Below, in pieces: positions 27,301-39,990 of a DNA stretch of 64,000 bases. The first letter of the stretch is position 1. Each line of letters starts with the position of its first letter. A program made the position numbers and the translations under genes. The stretch is from positions 1 to 64,000 of the forward strand of contig JBFLGF010000116.1 in NCBI GenBank assembly GCA_050230475.1, written 5' to 3'. The notes beneath the pieces were generated by a model, which worked only from the letters and a program-made list of their open reading frames with translations, was not told where the DNA came from and made no database searches. The stretch is from Ancylonema sp. Taxonomy: Eukaryota.

Positions 27301-28314
27301 AAGACAAGTACAGGAAGTCGACCGTGAGTATACTGAAAATTGATACCTTCGAGAAACGGTTCGTTGCAATCAAGCTGCTTAGCGCTGAATGTAGTAAACT
27401 GTTTACCTTTAAGCTCGTCCAAGTACGTCTCCGCTCCTCCTTTCGACCCAAACTGAGTCCCTCCTCCAGGAAAAATAAACCTTTCGGTCGCCTCGTCATA
27501 TTGCACCCAGTTCTGCACAGTTGATGGAGAAATTCTACCAATTACTTTGAGGCAGCAAATTATATTGCCTATGGCCATCGATTTATGGCACCCAATGCGA
27601 TTGAGATAGGGAGCTAGGAGCAGTAAAAAGTAAAAGTGGGTGACCACTATGTAATGATTGATAGGCAGGCTTATAGAACATCCGCTAGTGTCAATAGCAA
27701 GCTCTTATTATTGAAGTATAAAACTAGACGAAAAAATTACAGAAGAAGTAGCTGGGTTGGTAGAATGTGCCTATGGTATGATAGGGAGGAGAATGTCAGA
27801 CCTGCTTCGCCTTATATTCCGCCAGCTGCTTGTTGGGAATGTTGGCATACCAGCACTCGTCTCTTGATGCCGGCCATGGCACCGGAGATTTGTATCCGGG
27901 TGGGGGAGGGATGAGGCAGTTCAGAGTTTCGTTGGGGGCTGGGCAGTGGCGTTCTCGGAATATCATTTTTTCACGAGGGAACGCGTTCCACCTGTTGGGA
28001 TCCTCACAGGGAGTGTGGTCGATGTACTTCCGTCCACACGGGGAGTACTCGGGGATCGAACTCACTTTCTCTGTTTTTACGCCTGTCTTTATGGGTGAAG
28101 TGAAATCTTGCCGATCTTTGGTCTCAGAGTCAACAAAAGATAATGAGCGGCTGGCGATTCGGCCATCGGCGCCTATGAAAGGATTTAGAAGATGCAAAGA
28201 CAGTAGAAAGATGAGAAAACACGTACAAATGTTCAATGCGTTAGCCATCTGGACTCGCATGTTGAGTGAGTCAGGAGATCGATGGGAAGTATGGTGATCA
28301 ACAAGATCGCGCAT
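24381..28314 (-). CDS. PMT/DUF248 (Methyltransf_29) Golgi SAM-dependent methyltransferase, putative pectin methyltransferase; exons 28314-27802, 27512-27407, 26952-26897, 26636-26128, 25986-25591, 25172-25095, 24588-24381
   Basis: N-terminal TM; RERHCP, FPGGGTQF, IRTAFDTGCGVASWG, APRDEHEAQVQFALERG, ELDRVLRPGGYW, RNIMDMNAG, CESFSTYPRTYD, LLEMDRITRPEG; TGA stop. Confidence 0.95.
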
Positions 28315-29254
28315 GAGCTGAAGTCATTTGCCAGATCCCTGTGCTTGCAGGGTGGGGAATCAGGGCTGCGCGGAGTACATCGCCATCAATTCAAATTTGA
28401 ACTCCGGTCCGCCATGATGCGACGTGGACCCTCTCCCCATTTCCCACCCTCCTAGGCAACTCCGGTCCTCCGCGACTTCTGCCCAATCTCGAGCACCCTT
28501 GTCCCCGATGGCGCGAGATTTCGATGTTCGGACCAAGCTCCACCCCAGCTCCACCCCAGCTCCACCCCAGCTCCACCCACGGGCAGTGTGGGAAGAAATG
28601 TCAACGTTGCCAAGGTCGTTTCTCGCCGGGAAACGCATTGAGGCTCTTCGATCGGGCTGCGAGCGCATCTGGGCTGTGGAATGCGAGCAAAGGACTCCTG
28701 CGATCCCGCAGCCCAGGCGTGTGGGTGGGCTATCGGACGGGTGGGCGGGGAACGGATAGCCGCTATCCGTTCCCGCAGCCTTCCAGGCGCTCCAGCAGGG
28801 GAGAGGCGACTTTAAGACGATTGACGAATCAGAATCGGCACTGCAATAATTGTTTGCTACTACGTCACAATTTGTGAGTGACAACATCGTTTACTGAATT
28901 ACCATGTGGGCAGAGTGGGCGTACGAATGGGGAAACCGATAACGTTTCCCGAAAAACTTCGGTCAGTTCAAGCGAGGCACGTCGATATGTTGCAAGCAAC
29001 GGGCTTTCGACCCTAGGGAAAACGGCTGACTTTCGATGCTCAGAAATTATCGGCGTCTCTCGACTAAGCACCGCGTGCTGTTGTCTGTAAACTCTTTAAA
29101 AATAGAGACCAGTATCAAAAGCATATTACCTATTACCTACAATTTTAGTCTGTCAGGAGCCCCGCATCAATCAGTCTAGTTTAGTCTGTCAGATAGTCAT
29201 TCTTTGTTTATTAATTTCTTGGGGGTTGTTCCGTATTCAACCGCATTTGCCCTC

Positions 29255-29746
29255 ATGGAGTTTTTGCTTGGCACCTGGGAAATCTCACTGGGAATGGCAG
29301 ACGGTCAAGTTTTCCAGTTTCCAGCAAACCATCCTGAGTATCACTTTCAAGCACATCTCGCGGCGCCCTCCACGGGCCCATCCCCGCCTTTCCGCCCTGT
29401 TGCGCCGCTGGATGGCGTGTCGAACAAATATCCATGGCAGACTGCTACAGGTCAGTACCACTTCTCCACCGCGCTTCGCGGAAAGTTATTGGCGGTCGCC
29501 GACCTTGTAGAACCAGGGACTTCGTCACCCTCAAATGAAAAACCAGACAAGGAGGGAGAGGACCAGGACCAGGAGCCGCTTGCTGCATTTATGTTTGAAG
29601 GAGAGGGGGACCAATTTAGGGGCGAGTTCCAGTTGGCAAAGGGATACAAAGTGGGTGAGGATGAGATTGAGGTGGTCATGTACCATCCAAGGGATGGCTT
29701 GTACTGTAGAGCACTGAAAGTGGCGGCAACAACTAACTCAACTTGA
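29255..29746 (+). CDS. Hypothetical intronless protein (163 aa)
   Basis: Open ATG-TGA frame with protein-like composition, divergent from PMT; N-terminal LLGTWEI resembles a lipocalin/calycin GxW motif; family not recognised. Confidence 0.5.
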   Translation: MEFLLGTWEISLGMADGQVFQFPANHPEYHFQAHLAAPSTGPSPPFRPVAPLDGVSNKYPWQTATGQYHFSTALRGKLLAVADLVEPGTSSPSNEKPDKEGEDQDQEPLAAFMFEGEGDQFRGEFQLAKGYKVGEDEIEVVMYHPRDGLYCRALKVAATTNST

Positions 29747-30691
29747 TGTGATGCCAACTTGAACACCTCGTCCGTGTGAATAATCTCATTCGTGTTGAAA
29801 AGTGGAAAATTTGACATTTGCTTCTTCTCACGCTCAGTGATCGTCCTAGCCCTCCACAAACTATACAAAGTCAATGATTGTAATATTACGAAACCTCGAG
29901 GTCGATGGTGCAGAGCGAGCACTAGAGTTATCACCTGACAAGAAAATGCTTTTATGTCTCCTACATAGTGGCCCGTCCTTCATAACCATGAACTGTTAGA
30001 CAAAATTAAGTTCTGAAATAAAACCCGGAAAATTAGGAAGAGGCATGGGAGTTGTTCGAGGGGTTTGTAATTTTTCTATTGTATGTAAAGATTCATAGAC
30101 GTGTGAAGAAGAGTATGGTTGGTGAAGTTGTAAGCAATTACCGTCCTGGCCTTATGAAAAGGGTGGGTCGGGTCAAATCATGAATAAATTATTAAAAAAA
30201 AGGGTCATTCTATAATGTAGGAGAATAAATATTTTTCAGGATTTTGGGGAATTTACTATTGGGTGCCCGGGTTGGGTCAAGTGTTGGTTTATCAATTAAA
30301 TTAATCCAATTTTAAAAACCCGGGTCATTATGTATGGCCACTATGATATTCTATTTCAATGATTAACGTAAATGCACGCCGTGTAGGGTTTTGACGACTT
30401 CAAGGCTACTTGTAGAACAATCAAAAATTTGAGGGAAACGAGTCTCTCTTGTTTAGCACGTTATAGAGCATGTCCTGTCTAAATGAATATAGTTCAAAAT
30501 GTTTTCTTGTCTAATAGAGCAGATAATGAACCCCGCGATGTTGCCGGAGGGGGATTATTTCAAAACATACATAATTGTCTAAAACCCCCCAGTGATATGC
30601 GTGTCGGATATTTTTATGTACATTGTGGTATTCTCCTTTGGATTTTAAGCATAAGAATCTCCTTTAAATCACAGGAGATTATATCTCTTTT

Positions 30692-30946
30692 TTTCACATT
30701 GACCCTAGAGTCGACTAGGGTCGATTTTCCTATATCTAGTCCATAGGAATGCGTCAAGAGCATTCCTATCAAATAATGTACTTGCACTCAATTCGAGTTG
30801 TCGTTATATCAACACAACCATTCCATCCGGCTCATGCCATCTTGTCCTATCCGGCATTTCGCCATTTCGCCATGTTGCTTGTGTGTATTTCGCAACTTGC
30901 TTGCTAGGGACCCCTTTGCATCCGCCCCTAACACTTTGATAGGAAT
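30692..30946 (+). repeat. LTR fragment plus PBS of the Gypsy family at 1-2301; a further degenerate copy at ~31149-31282
   Basis: Reverse-complement homology to ~1830-2070; ends CCCTAACA then CTTTGATAGGAAT. Confidence 0.82.
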
Positions 30947-32317
30947 TAAAACATTGGAGTTCACATTAATAGAGTTTCTTTTGTGTGACTCCATCCTTGG
31001 AATTTTGTCTCCTTCACACCCGGTGATAAATTGTCACCATCAAAATTGGGCATTTTTGGCTTCGCCTTATGCCATTTAGACTTTTATTATGCCCCCATGG
31101 ACGCGAGTAACATGCATATATTTGAAAATCAAGTTCTTCTTTTCAAGCTCATGTACTTGCGCTCCTAGGGAGTTGCCATTATACATCAAACCAACCATTC
31201 AATCCGGCTCATGCCATCATAACCATTCTGGCCATTTCGCCATCATACTCTTGAAGTGCACTTGCAATTAATATTGCTAGAGCCGTCCTTTCGAGGGCCA
31301 TACAGTGAAACATGTCCTAATCAATACTGTGCTAATTAATAACCTTTTTTGTATTGTAGAAAATATTTCGCCCGATATAGGGTTTTTACTCAAGACCTGA
31401 CGTGTTAAGACCTGTTAATCAATAGTTTTTTTCTTCCCGGCTGTATCTATCGGTTAAGGACAGGCATTACTATATCCATCGCCTTAAGAAAGCCATTCCC
31501 TCGCACTAAAAAAAATCCGTGGGTGGTAGAGGTCGTACGTTTTGCGCTTGCTAGTTCGGAGGCGGAACTTCGCTATCCCTTCCATATGTGTAGGATGTCA
31601 AGAACCAGAGGGTGGCCGCTTGGGGGAAGAGATTCGCTGCACCCCGTAGGTATGTATTTAAAAAAACACACACATCTCAAACACTATTATTAAGTGATTT
31701 CAAAACGACGACATGCACCGAAGCGAGTGATTGATCGGGCTCATGATGGGTTCATGATGGGCTCATCTTGGGTTTATGATGGACATCTCCGGATACCACG
31801 GAATTCTGTTGAAAAAAATGAATTAGTACTCGAAGGTTCCCCGATGTACTTTGTACATCGTTTCTCCTTAGTCCAGTTGGATCCGATTCCGAGTGGGTCT
31901 TTCTCCAATCGGGATCAATTTGGAGATGTCTGATTTAGATCAGTGTTCGGAATTCCGAGGATTGGAAAACTAATGTGTATACCCTCATCATCTAGCTCCC
32001 GATTGGAGAGTTGCATCGTTGATTGCATTGATGAACGCCTGTAGTTCGTGTGGTTCTGGTTGACTCGGTGGCTGTGGTTCGGTCATGCCATCACCTCGAC
32101 CATGAAGTGTGTAATAAAATTTATTGATACAGTAATCTCGCCATTTTTCACGTAATTTTGTGGTGTTGACGTCTCCTTCATTATCTTTCCTAAAACTTTG
32201 TCATTCTCGTTCACCCTCTCCCTCACAATAAGCTCCTGGGTTTCGAACTAAATACATCTCTACATAGCTAGTTCGTTTCTCCCTTTTAAGGATTTCGTGC
32301 TGACTTAGTACTGAGAT

Positions 32318-33253
32318 CATAGTTGCACGAACTCCGAACCGTTTCCGAACCGGATCTTAGATGGAACCGGTTCCGACAAAAGTGGCCGCGGTTTGGAACC
32401 GCGGGATTTAGGGTTTTTTCACTCAAACGGCATTTTGAGGGGCTATATAGCTCGGAAAAATCGACGAACAGTTTTTTTTTTGTCCCACTTCATTGTCTAT
32501 CCAAAAAAAAAAAAAAAACAATTGATATACATCGTGAAAAAACTCAAAACGGTTTTTTTCATGAGTGTATCTACCTGCTTTTGGTGCATTTTTCTGTTTT
32601 TCTCAATTTTGTGCACACTTTCTTGCAATTTATGTAAAAGTAGTTCTATAACAAGTTCCACTTTCAGTTTCAATCTTTTTTCAACCATCCATAAACTCCA
32701 TTCCATATATCTTTCTTCATTCCCATTCCGTGTTTTAATTCCCATGTGAAAATGTTGCGACATAATGTTGTTACCCGTTTTGTATTGCCACTCGAATTTT
32801 ATTTAACTTTCCATGTTTCTTTTATTTTCAATCGTCTACTCAAAGCTGCGGCAATCCACTGCGGCAATCCATTTATATCCACTCTCTTCCTACTCAATTC
32901 TCCTACCTTTCACATAAAGTGCTGTTTTCTGCCAACCAAAATGCACCACGTCCTGCCATGGCGCGAAATAAAGCAAATTGAAACTAACAATGGCCGCGCC
33001 ATATTTTTCCGATATTTTTTTTCACAATTTTAGCGTAAAAAATTCACAATTTTAGCGTCTCAAAATGACGTAGAGTCATCAACATGAACATTTACAACGA
33101 TTTATTTCCCCCGCGTACGTTCTTTGGGAGGGAAAAAATGTTATGCCGCGGTAAGGAGTAAAACCCTAAAAATCTCCCGGTTCGTCCGGTTCCGAAACGG
33201 TTCCATCTCGGAACCGGTTCCAAAAAAAAAAAACAGCCGTTCGTGCAACTATG
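32318..33253. mobile_element. Non-autonomous hAT element, CATAGTTG family
   Basis: TIR CATAGTTGCACGAAC / GTTCGTGCAACTATG; TSD ACTGAGAT/AGTGAGAT. Confidence 0.9.
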
Positions 33254-33551
33254 AGTGAGATAATGAATTCATCCTGAGTAGTGCCCAATGCTCCGTGGTA
33301 CGGTGTGATAGGCGGTAAAGCTGTCATATTGTCTCCCCAAATTATATGATTTCTTTGATACGTCGGTACTGCTAGAGTTGGTGACGGTGGAGTTGGTGAC
33401 GGTGGAGTCGGTGGTGGTATCGGTGTGGGTAACGGTATTTCACGGTTTGGGAGTACATGACTTTCAGGGTTGTGTGAACTTGATCGTGAGGATGGGCTGG
33501 TTGCCCTAGTAATAGGTGTTGCTCCGAATAATCGTCTAGATGGTGTGCGAA

Positions 33552-36066
33552 CTTTCTTCTGCCATCGATGCAAGAATAAAGTTCACTTCTTCTTAATCTC
33601 TTTGAATCAAACAGAATCAAGCAGATCACGTCATTACAAACGTTGACGCAACAAAAGTGCAAGTTTGAAGTAGAAAATATTGATTTAAAGAATTCAGCAT
33701 GCAAGCCCAGACCTAGTACAATCGATTGCTGCCTGGTCAAAGGATCTACTGCTATCGAAACTACTTCAATCATATCTAAGCATTCTGCCACATCAACTTG
33801 TTCTTATCGACACTTGTGCCAGATGGCCAAGTAATCATTGAAACAAGGACATCGGCCTGCAGCCGGGCTGCAACCTGCATTTGCTGAACAACGACAAAAC
33901 TAAAGCTAAATCCCCGGTATCGCTAAAATCGATGTAACGACAAAAGTACACAGCCCCCAAAAACTAACACCCCCTCCCTGGGTACTTCCGTATTCCCCCT
34001 CTAAAAACGATAACCAAAACGATATCGATTTTACAAACAACTCGCAACAAAAACTCACAAAACTTACGAACCTCTGCAAAGTATGAACCATCTACAATTA
34101 TTTTTCATACACCAACCCCACCAGATCACAATTCTTCTTCAACACCTTGACAGACAGTGGTTTTGTCAACATATCAACAGCCTGGTCTTCACTCTTGACA
34201 AACTGGAGACTTGTCTTTTTCTTGGACACCCTCTCTCGAATGGACTGATACTTGATCTCGATGTGTTTGGAGCGCTTGTGAAAAACAGGGTTCTCAGCAA
34301 GTTTCGATGAACTCTCATTGTCTCCCAGCAACAGCACACTCCCCCCACCAATACCCAACTCCTTTTGCATCTGGCTCAAATAAATGGCCTCATTTCGAGC
34401 AGCACTCAATGCCAAATACTCACTCTCACAGCTTGAGTGTGTGACTGTCTCCAGCAGACCTTCCAACTCACAGCAGCTCCTCCACTAAGAAAGACATAGC
34501 CAGTTCTCCCCTTCCTAGTGTCGACGTCGTCACCATGACTAGCATCTGAGTAACCCATGACTGGAAAATCACTACCTTTCTTATACATCAGCCCCAAATC
34601 GACAGTCCCCTTGAGGTAGCGCAAAACTCTCTTCACCCCCTCCCAATGCTTGTCGCCTGGCTTGACTGTATCGACACAAGGAGTTAACAGCAGCTGTCAG
34701 ATCAGGTCTTGTGCCAGAAGTCAGATTCAACAAACTGCCCATTGCAGACTTGTATCCCACACCCTCGATTCTAGCAGATTCAGAAGGAGATTCACAGTTT
34801 TCAAAAAAAAAAACACCCAGCTCTAGAGGAGTAGAAGCAAAATTGCAGTCTTGCATCCCAAACTTCGTGAGGAGATCTCTGGCATATTTCTCTTGCACCA
34901 AAAACACGTTGCCATCAGACTGCCGTCGAATCTCAAGCCCCAGCAAGAACTTTGCTTCCCCTAGATCTTTCATGTTATACCGCTTTCCCAGCCCTCTTTT
35001 CACCCCAAAAATAGTTCGCCAGCCTGATGCATAGGAGAAACACATCATCCACATATAGCGCCAAGTAAGTGCTTCTGGCCCTTCTCCCATAGCATAAAGG
35101 CCAAAATCTGAAGCCAGACGATGAAATTGCAAGCCTTTCAGCACGTCGTCGATGTGCTGATTCCATCCTCTCGGTGCCTGCTTGAGGCCATACAAGCACC
35201 AGAGCAGCCACACCAAATCTGCTTCACCACGCCCACACGTGCCGTCACGGGCCTCCATGTACACTTCCTCTTCCAGGGGTGCATAGAGAAAAGCTGTTGT
35301 TACATCCATCTGGTGCATGTGTAGACCCCTGGAAGCTCCCATGGCCACAAGTTGACGAATGCTCTCAAAACGAACAGTTGGAGAAAAGGTCTGATCGTAG
35401 TCCTCTCCCTCTACTTGACTGAATCCCTTAGCCACAATTCTTGCTTTGTATTTTTCTACAGAACCATCTGCATTGAATTTGATCCTGAACACCCACTTTG
35501 ACTCCACAACTTTCTTCCCCTTCGGCCTTGGCACAAGTCGATAGACATGGTTTTCTTCTTGTAGACTTGCCATTTTTGCAGCCATTGCATCTTTCCACTC
35601 AACTGCTTGTGAACTGTTAAGAGCTTCCTCCACAGTCGTTGGTGTCTTTATCTCACTTTCCAAGTTGGCAACAAAAGCAGCAGCAAATTTGTTGAGATGC
35701 ATTCCTCTGTTCTCCCTTGCAGATCGACGAACGGGCTCACGATCATCGATAGAAGTTTCTGAAAAGTTGTCGTTCACGCCAAGTGGATTAAGAGGAGTAG
35801 CATCATCTGGATACCATTCTGGACCATCTTCCAGGTGATCTTCGTCCTCATCGTCTCCACTAGAATTGCTGACAAGTTTTGGACGATCCGCACTCTGAGG
35901 AAGAGGAGATCTCGGAAGTTGTGGTAATGGATTTCCCAGAGCATCAGAGATCTCTTCATCGACAGAATTTGGATCGCCATAAGTAGGTTGCCCACCTCCA
36001 AAATTGCCCCCTCCGAGACCAACACTACTCCCTTCTGCTCCTTGATCTCTTCCATCCTTGCATTCT
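33552..36066 (-). mobile_element. Ty1/Copia 3' half: RT, RNase H, PPT and partial 3' LTR
   Basis: KWVFRIK, YKARIVAKGFSQ, QMDVTTAFL, LYGLKQAPRGW, YVDD, GYSDAS, DNESS, KRSKHIEIKY; PPT GGGAGGGGG directly before LTR start TG at 33969; frameshifts present. Confidence 0.93.
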
Positions 36067-36069
36067 GAA

Positions 36070-38513
36070 TGGCAGTGAATACCAATTCGAGACGCGGTTC
36101 CAATCACCCCTCGGTACGACATTCGTTTTAACCCTGGTGCATTGCAACGTGGACTTAACGCGTGGGTTCCTTTTGGAGGAACCAATTGTGCAGGGCTGAT
36201 AATCGTCGTGAACGCAATTACAACTGCGGTGCCTACATCAACAATGACATCAACGTCGACGCACGATCAGTGACACGAGCATTGTTGCCGAAGATTCAAG
36301 CACGTCATCCAAGACAACTTCCTTCCAGTGCAATTCGAGGATTTGACACTAGATTTCCTCATGACATTTCACAAATTTCGAATGCTCATCTTGACAGGTT
36401 CATCGGAGACAAAGGACCTATCGAGTTTATTTTTGCACGATGGGAGTGCCAAATGGTAAGCAAGGTGGGTAACCAGCAGGGGTACAAAGACGAACGGTTC
36501 CCATACTTCTTCATGTCGGGGCGTCGAAGGACTGGTTCCGAGCAAAGACGTTTCTTGAGGTCGTCGAAGCTTTGTTATTGCGGTTCGGACCAGTGCCACT
36601 TCACGTCGCCTTTGAGGAGGGCTTTGAGGAGCGCTACAATGCACGAAAGCTGAGGGACAAACTTGCGATAGTAAGAGAAAAGACCGAGTACAACACGGAG
36701 TTGATGAACATCCTTGGGTGGTGGCATGTCGCGAATGGCCCTGGTTTTCTCGTCTTGTGGAGTGATGCCTTCCGGGGTGAGTTTTTCGTCCCAGGAACTC
36801 CATTTCTTTGGCAAAGAAAAGACATTTACCAGGATGACGCTTGAGTTTGTATTGACGAAGTCTATTGAAGACTTTTTGCAGATGCATGAGATGATTTTTA
36901 AAAGTTTTACTCCAATTGGTGATGTCGTCGATGTAACATCGTGCATTGGTGAGACCATTGAGAATAGCGTCCATGGTACGCTGAAAGAAAGGTGGTGCAT
37001 TTTTTAGACCATAGGGTACCACATTCCACTCCCAGAGTTTTCGGTTAGCCCCCCAAAATGCTGTCTTTGGCTTATCCTCTTCTTTGACGGGGATCTGGTG
37101 ATATCCTTGTCGTAGGTCCATTTTGCTGAAGATTTTGGCATCATCCATCTCAACAAAAATATTTTCAAGTTTGGGTAAGGGGTACCTATCCGATGCAGTG
37201 TGACTGTTGATAGGTCGGTAGTCTCCACATTCACGAAAGTTTGTGTATTGTCCGTCTTCGTCGTTCTTGCGAACTACCACTGTTGCAGATGCATACTTTG
37301 TGTTACATGAACTAGGCCGAATCATACCAAGGTCATGCAATTTTTTACAGTTGGTTTCCACAAAGTCCCACTCTGTTTGACTGAGCTTGTGAGACCCTTG
37401 AAAGATGGAACCCGTGGTGTCAAGGGGTAACTCCATTGGTGTGTTGTTAGAAGTTCCCAGTTCTTCAAGGCTAAATGCAAAGCAATCTCGATTTGATTCA
37501 AGCAATGCTATCACTTCTGCCTTTTCTGTCGGGGTGAGATGTTCACCAATCTTCCATTGGAACTCTGTCGCCGCGGTTGTAGGTGGTAATTCCTCAGAAG
37601 GATCAAAAAGGTCATTCTCGATCCATGGCAAGGTATCCTTTGTGGTTGCAAGTAGTGCCTGACTGAGGGGAATTGCTTCATGCCGATAACGTTTCTGAGC
37701 AGAGTCAATGGTGAAAGCTGAATCCTTGTTTTCGTAAAACTCGTGCTCTTTGGTGTCGTAGTGCAGTGTATGGTACTGCTCGGGGATTTTGTAGGTGCCC
37801 CCCCCCCGCTCAATGCTCTGAGTGGTGGGGTCCGTTTCCTAACGAGGGTGTGTTGGAACCGACATAGATAGGGTGTCGATGTACGAGGGTAAATTGTGAG
37901 ATGCCATGAGAATGTCACCTACCCAGACTAACATATTTTTGTCCATGGTGCGACCAATAAGTTGACAGCGTGCACTAATGGTGATGCCTGGTGCAGCCGT
38001 GTCGCCATCCTCAAATCCCATGAGGCGTTCTCTTTCCCAAATGTTTGGTGTCTCCCATATTGCTCTGAATGCAGATTGTATACCATACCTGGTCCGGGTG
38101 AATCTCCCTCGAATCGGTACTGAATTGCCAGGGTAAGACACAATGGTTGGCATAGCTATTCGTGGTTGCCCAATCTTGTCGACCAATGCCCGGGGTGGCG
38201 TGTCATTTGTGGTGACAACTGTTGGTTTGTGGTGCAAATCAAGGATCTCAGTCAAGGGTTTCAACGGTGGAGTGGCCGGGAGTTCCAACTCTAGAATATG
38301 AGGTGGTATGAAGTTCGTCCAGAGACATCGTACTCGGTGAGCATTACGGCCGATACTGCATGCATCGACAACTGCAGGGTATCCGAGAAATGTCTTGATG
38401 AGAACTGTGGTGTCTTGGATCTCCTTCGGAAACTCGTCCGCTGCATTAAACACTTGATCAAAGTCCAGCCTTACCCACCCATCTCCGTCTTGGAGAACAC
38501 TTACCCTCACGGC
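36070..38513. mobile_element. Rearranged DNMT-bearing Gypsy element (copy 2): DNMT N-part on + (36070-36512 and 38430-38513); DNMT C-part, linker and RT inverted on - (38429-36513)
   Basis: + strand: VPFGGTNC, GFDTRFPHDIS, IFARWECQ, ERFPYFF then KLVRCIKHL...SVLENTYP. - strand: HRVRCLWTN, ERERLMGF, LIGRTMD, then RT. All segments align with copy 1. Confidence 0.88.
36513..37838 (-). pseudogene. Gypsy reverse transcriptase with upstream linker, in frame with the DNMT C-half
   Basis: DYRPIN, DRYPLP, KMDLRQGYHQI, KTAF, PYGLKNAP, YIDD; one frameshift near 36790; truncated at PVLRRPD. Confidence 0.92.
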
Positions 38514-39990
38514 TGTTAACCTTAATATTATGCACGAGACTATCTTGTTTGTGTTGCATTTTCTACGAATTCAGTGTTGTAGTACATCTGTCAGCTTGCC
38601 CTCAACGTTAAACATTGAAATTCACCAGACTGCAGAGTTGTGTGATAGATATAATATTGATATCTGAGTAGAGTAGAGAGTCAATCTGCAATACTACTTC
38701 ATTCCGACAGCGGAAGACCTTTAGTTTTCAACAATTTAAAGTCAGATTAAGGTAACTTGACCGGCAGAGTTAACTAGAGTTAGTCTATCGAAGATTACGA
38801 CAGACTCGCTCTTATAACTTTCAAATCAATCTCGACGCTACAATGAAACGGCGCGAAATATTACTCTAGTTCTACAGCTGGATTTATCGCGGGGAGTATC
38901 GATAAAGTCGAAAGTGACTTGTCGAGAATACAAAAATCGACACAATCGACAATCGACAATCGACACGCAGCTATTTGTTGAAACTGTTGGATTCTAGACT
39001 TCGGAAAATACGCCACGCGTTATTTTCGAGTCGTGCGAAATCGTACTTAACTATTTTTATTGTAAAGTACTACTACTAGATATCGTTGTATCGAATACTC
39101 TCGTCATAGAGAAATATTAATCTATAGGGGTTTTTTATCAATTCAGAGAGGTTTTCTCCTTAGCGATCTCCAGGGTCATGACAATGTTTTTCTTTTGTGT
39201 AACTTTATGGAGAAGTCTTCCGCCGTTGAATTCTAGTATATATGCAATCAATTCATTTCCCGAGCATGTCGGCAAATTAATATGGTATCAGATCGAGTGA
39301 AGGTGGCGTGAGATCCGGCGTGATCTTGACCAAAACATACTCAGCCCCATGGTTGGGGGGACTGAAAACCGGTCTTTCGGTCAATGGAGTCCTAGATATT
39401 GTGGAAAGGACGCGTGTCCGTCCAGGCCCCGTGCCCGGTGCCGTTCATGACGCATATGGCGTCATCGGAAACCAAGGTGAAATGGATGCGGCGAGAAAAG
39501 CGATATCATATTTCGATAAGGAGGCAGCAAAGGCAGCCAACATGAGTGTGCAAGCATTGAGTGACGACATCTACATGGTTGTCAACACCGTGAGCACGGA
39601 TCCTCGAAATAGCACGGATCCTCGAAGCTAACCGAGCGGAGTCATCTTTCGAGCACGAGCGTGGAGAAGAGGCTGATGACACAATCACTCGATGGGATGT
39701 TATCGAGAAAAGAGCCATTACGTAGGGGTGTAATTTGAGCGCCGGGACTCTCACACGTGCGTTGCTCGCTAGGTGTTTGGAACATTGCAAAGGCATAAGA
39801 AGTGCCGTGAATAATTACATTGGTCCTGCGGGGTATGGGTATGGCTCCCGCCATCGATTGTATCAAAGGCTGGATTCGGGACAACGATTTCGAGTTTCGT
39901 GGTCAAAATGGTTCGAGTTTTGACACGTTGGAATGGGAAGCAGTACAGGCACAAATGGAAGCACTTGGCACCAAACTCACGGAGGCGGGG
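38514..39990 (+). mobile_element. LTR retrotransposon 5' end (LTR 38514-39282, tRNA-iMet PBS, Copia-like gag remnant) inserted in the DNMT
   Basis: TGTTAA...TTAATA ends; PBS TGGTATCAGA at 39283-39292; KAANMSVQALSDDIY resembles Copia gag (UBN2-type). Confidence 0.75.

Noticed and set aside
34581..36185. 534-aa ORF as an intact Copia protein or a Copia-DNMT fusion
   Set aside because: The first ~40 codons are the antisense of the DNMT A segment, and the ORF drifts out of frame at YVDD; it is a junction artefact.
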